A stretch of DNA of 64,000 nt from the sequence record MN850609.1. One strand, written 5' to 3'. Under the pieces are notes generated by a model that was not told the DNA's origin, searched no databases, and worked only from the letters and a program-made list of their open reading frames with translations. Shown here piece by piece: positions 62,428 through 64,000 of the stretch (position 1 is its first letter; each line of letters starts with the position of its first letter). Position numbers and translations under genes: made by a program. The stretch comes from Escherichia phage dhaeg.

Positions 62428-63807
62428 ATGGCTGATGTAATTGATACCCTTTTTAAACAATCCTTAGATGTTTACGATGATGCTTTTACTCGTCGTGACT
62501 TAAAAAGCATTATCGACAATGAAGCGCTGGCTTATGCAATGTATACTGTCGAAAACCGCGCCATTCCAAATATGATTGATGGTTTTAAACCTGTACAACG
62601 TTTTGTAGTTGCTCGTTGTCTTGATATGGCTCGTGGTAATAAAGAAAAATTCCACAAACTAGCTTCTATTGCAGGTGGTGTAGCCGACCTTGGATATCAC
62701 CATGGTGAAGGTTCTGCTCAGGAAGCAGGGGCTTTGATGGCTAACACATGGAACAACAACTTCCCACTGTTGGATGGCCAAGGTAACTTTGGTTCTCGAT
62801 TAGTTCAAAAGGCTGCAGCCTCTCGTTATATTTTTGCACGAATTGGAACTAATTTCGCAAAGGTTTATAAGGATACAGAATATGCTCCGGTTCATGCGGA
62901 TGTCGAACATAAGCCACCAGCTTTTTATCTGCCTATTATTCCTACTGTTCTTCTTAATGGTATTTCCGGTATTGCAACTGGTTATGCAACTAATATTCTT
63001 CCTCATAGTTTTGATTCTGTTAAGAAAGCTGTATTGCAGGTTCTTCAAGAAAAACGCGTAACCAAGCCTAAGGTAGCTTATCCGGAATTCCTTGGTGAAG
63101 TTGTTGAGATTGAACCTGGAAGTTATGAGATTCGTGGAACGTATAAGTTCACCTCTCGAACCCAAATGCATATTACAGAAATCCCGTACAAATATGACCG
63201 TGAAACATACGTGGCTAAGGTGTTGGACCCTTTAGAAGACAAAGGGTATATCACGTATGATGACGACTGTGACGAGAATGGTTTCGGCTTCAAGGTTAAG
63301 ATTCGTAAAGAATATGAATTGCCTACTGAAGAAAATAAGAAGCACGAAAAAATCATGAAGGACTTCGGGTTAATCGAACGTCGTTCGCAAAACCTGACCG
63401 TCATTAATGAGAAAGGTAAACTTAAGGTTTACGAAGATGCAGTTGAACTGATTCGTGATTTCGTTGAGGTCCGTAAGACCTTTGTACAAAAACGTATTGA
63501 TGGTAAAATCATCGAAACCGAAGAAGCTTTCAAATTGGCACTGGCCAAAGCTACATTCATTAAAGATGTTATTGATGGCGTAGTGGTTATCCAAGGTAAG
63601 ACCCGTAAGGTTTTAACCGAAGAATTGGCCAGCAATAAAGTCTATGGTGAATATGCTGATAAACTCGTAACAATGAACATTTTCCATATCACTTCCGATG
63701 AAGCTAAGAAACTGGCTTTGGAAGCCAAGGCCAAGAAAGAAGAGCATCAATACTGGAAAACCACTGATGTTGTAACCGAGTATGTTAAAGATTTGGAGGC
63801 TTTATGA
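62428..63807 (+). CDS. 52: DNA topoisomerase II medium subunit gp52 (GyrA-like)
   Basis: 459 aa; strong similarity recalled to T4 gp52 (RDLKSIIDNEALAYAMYTVENRAIPNMIDGFKPVQRF). Confidence 0.9.
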   Translation: MADVIDTLFKQSLDVYDDAFTRRDLKSIIDNEALAYAMYTVENRAIPNMIDGFKPVQRFVVARCLDMARGNKEKFHKLASIAGGVADLGYHHGEGSAQEAGALMANTWNNNFPLLDGQGNFGSRLVQKAAASRYIFARIGTNFAKVYKDTEYAPVHADVEHKPPAFYLPIIPTVLLNGISGIATGYATNILPHSFDSVKKAVLQVLQEKRVTKPKVAYPEFLGEVVEIEPGSYEIRGTYKFTSRTQMHITEIPYKYDRETYVAKVLDPLEDKGYITYDDDCDENGFGFKVKIRKEYELPTEENKKHEKIMKDFGLIERRSQNLTVINEKGKLKVYEDAVELIRDFVEVRKTFVQKRIDGKIIETEEAFKLALAKATFIKDVIDGVVVIQGKTRKVLTEELASNKVYGEYADKLVTMNIFHITSDEAKKLALEAKAKKEEHQYWKTTDVVTEYVKDLEAL

Positions 63808-63908
63808 GCCTTGGAATCGAGTTCTTGTTACTCTGTATCTTTGCTGTTATCCTAGGCCTGGCGACAGGCTTAGCTATAGGTTTAATAGCAGCTCACTTTA
63901 AAAAGTAA
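63804..63908 (+). CDS. small membrane peptide (unlisted ORF)
   Basis: 34 codons read by hand; ATGA overlap with gp52. Confidence 0.3.
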   Translation: MSLGIEFLLLCIFAVILGLATGLAIGLIAAHFKK

Positions 63909-63931
63909 GGAACCTTCGGGTTCCTTTTTTT
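63909..63931 (+). terminator. rho-independent terminator (GGAACC-TTCG-GGTTCC + T7), copy 3
   Basis: identical to hairpins at 9102 and 43401. Confidence 0.8.
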
Positions 63932-63950
63932 GGGTTTAGTGCAAAAAAGT

Positions 63951-63979
63951 GTTTACTTCTGCTTTAAACATGATACTAT
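63951..63979 (+). promoter_or_regulatory. early promoter (GTTTAC / TACTAT)
   Basis: AAAAAAGTGTTTAC, 17 bp, TACTAT, AGACCTATCAA. Confidence 0.65.
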
Positions 63980-64000
63980 AGACCTATCAAAACAACAGAG

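Noticed and set aside
1-64000. tRNA genes, CRISPR arrays, IS elements, introns and homing endonucleases (seg or mob type)
   Set aside because: No cloverleaf-compatible 70-90 nt segments were found in intergenic gaps, and no repeat-spacer arrays, terminal inverted repeats with a transposase, or GIY-YIG or HNH ORFs interrupting conserved genes. The T4 tRNA cluster and td/nrdB/nrdD introns lie outside this syntenic interval.

Overview
The window reads as a contiguous early/middle region of a T4-like (Tevenvirinae) phage, with virtually all genes on the + strand and tightly packed, often with ATGA/TAATG stop-start overlaps. Recognisable products follow T4 synteny: RegB, Tk, rI, NrdC, endonuclease VII (49), gp55, gp47/gp46, gp45, gp44/gp62, RegA, DNA polymerase gp43, Imm, dCMP hydroxymethylase (42), UvsX, gp41 helicase, gp61 primase, dCTPase (56), Soc, two Mod-like ADP-ribosyltransferases, Dda, DexA, a fused 39/60 topoisomerase subunit, rIIA, rIIB and gp52. 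The polymerase and clamp-loader proteins look closest to the RB69/T4 lineage, judged from memory only; no database search was possible. Departures from T4 are: no alpha-gt between 55 and 47, no nrdD/G/H or denV, a divergent ORF at the beta-gt position, and an inserted, translationally coupled cassette between imm and gene 42. That cassette (31677-35851) is the main candidate for an undescribed system: a LicC-like nucleotidyltransferase fused to an APH/LicA-like kinase, a small HAD phosphatase and a thymidylate-kinase-like P-loop kinase, followed directly by the hydroxymethylase and the glycosyltransferase-position ORF. I interpret it as a phage-encoded activated-donor pathway for a non-glucose modification of 5-hmC DNA; this is inference and needs biochemical testing. 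The window also carries about 25 early promoters (GTTTAC -35, TAnnAT -10) with a conserved downstream block, many bracketed by covarying inverted repeats that would sequester the Shine-Dalgarno in read-through transcripts, plus a near-identical terminator-promoter cassette at three sites. One convincing minus-strand gene (a small membrane protein convergent with primase) is present. No tRNA, rRNA, CRISPR, IS element or homing endonuclease was recognised. Coordinates of small unlisted ORFs and regulatory motifs were derived by hand and may be off by a base or two.
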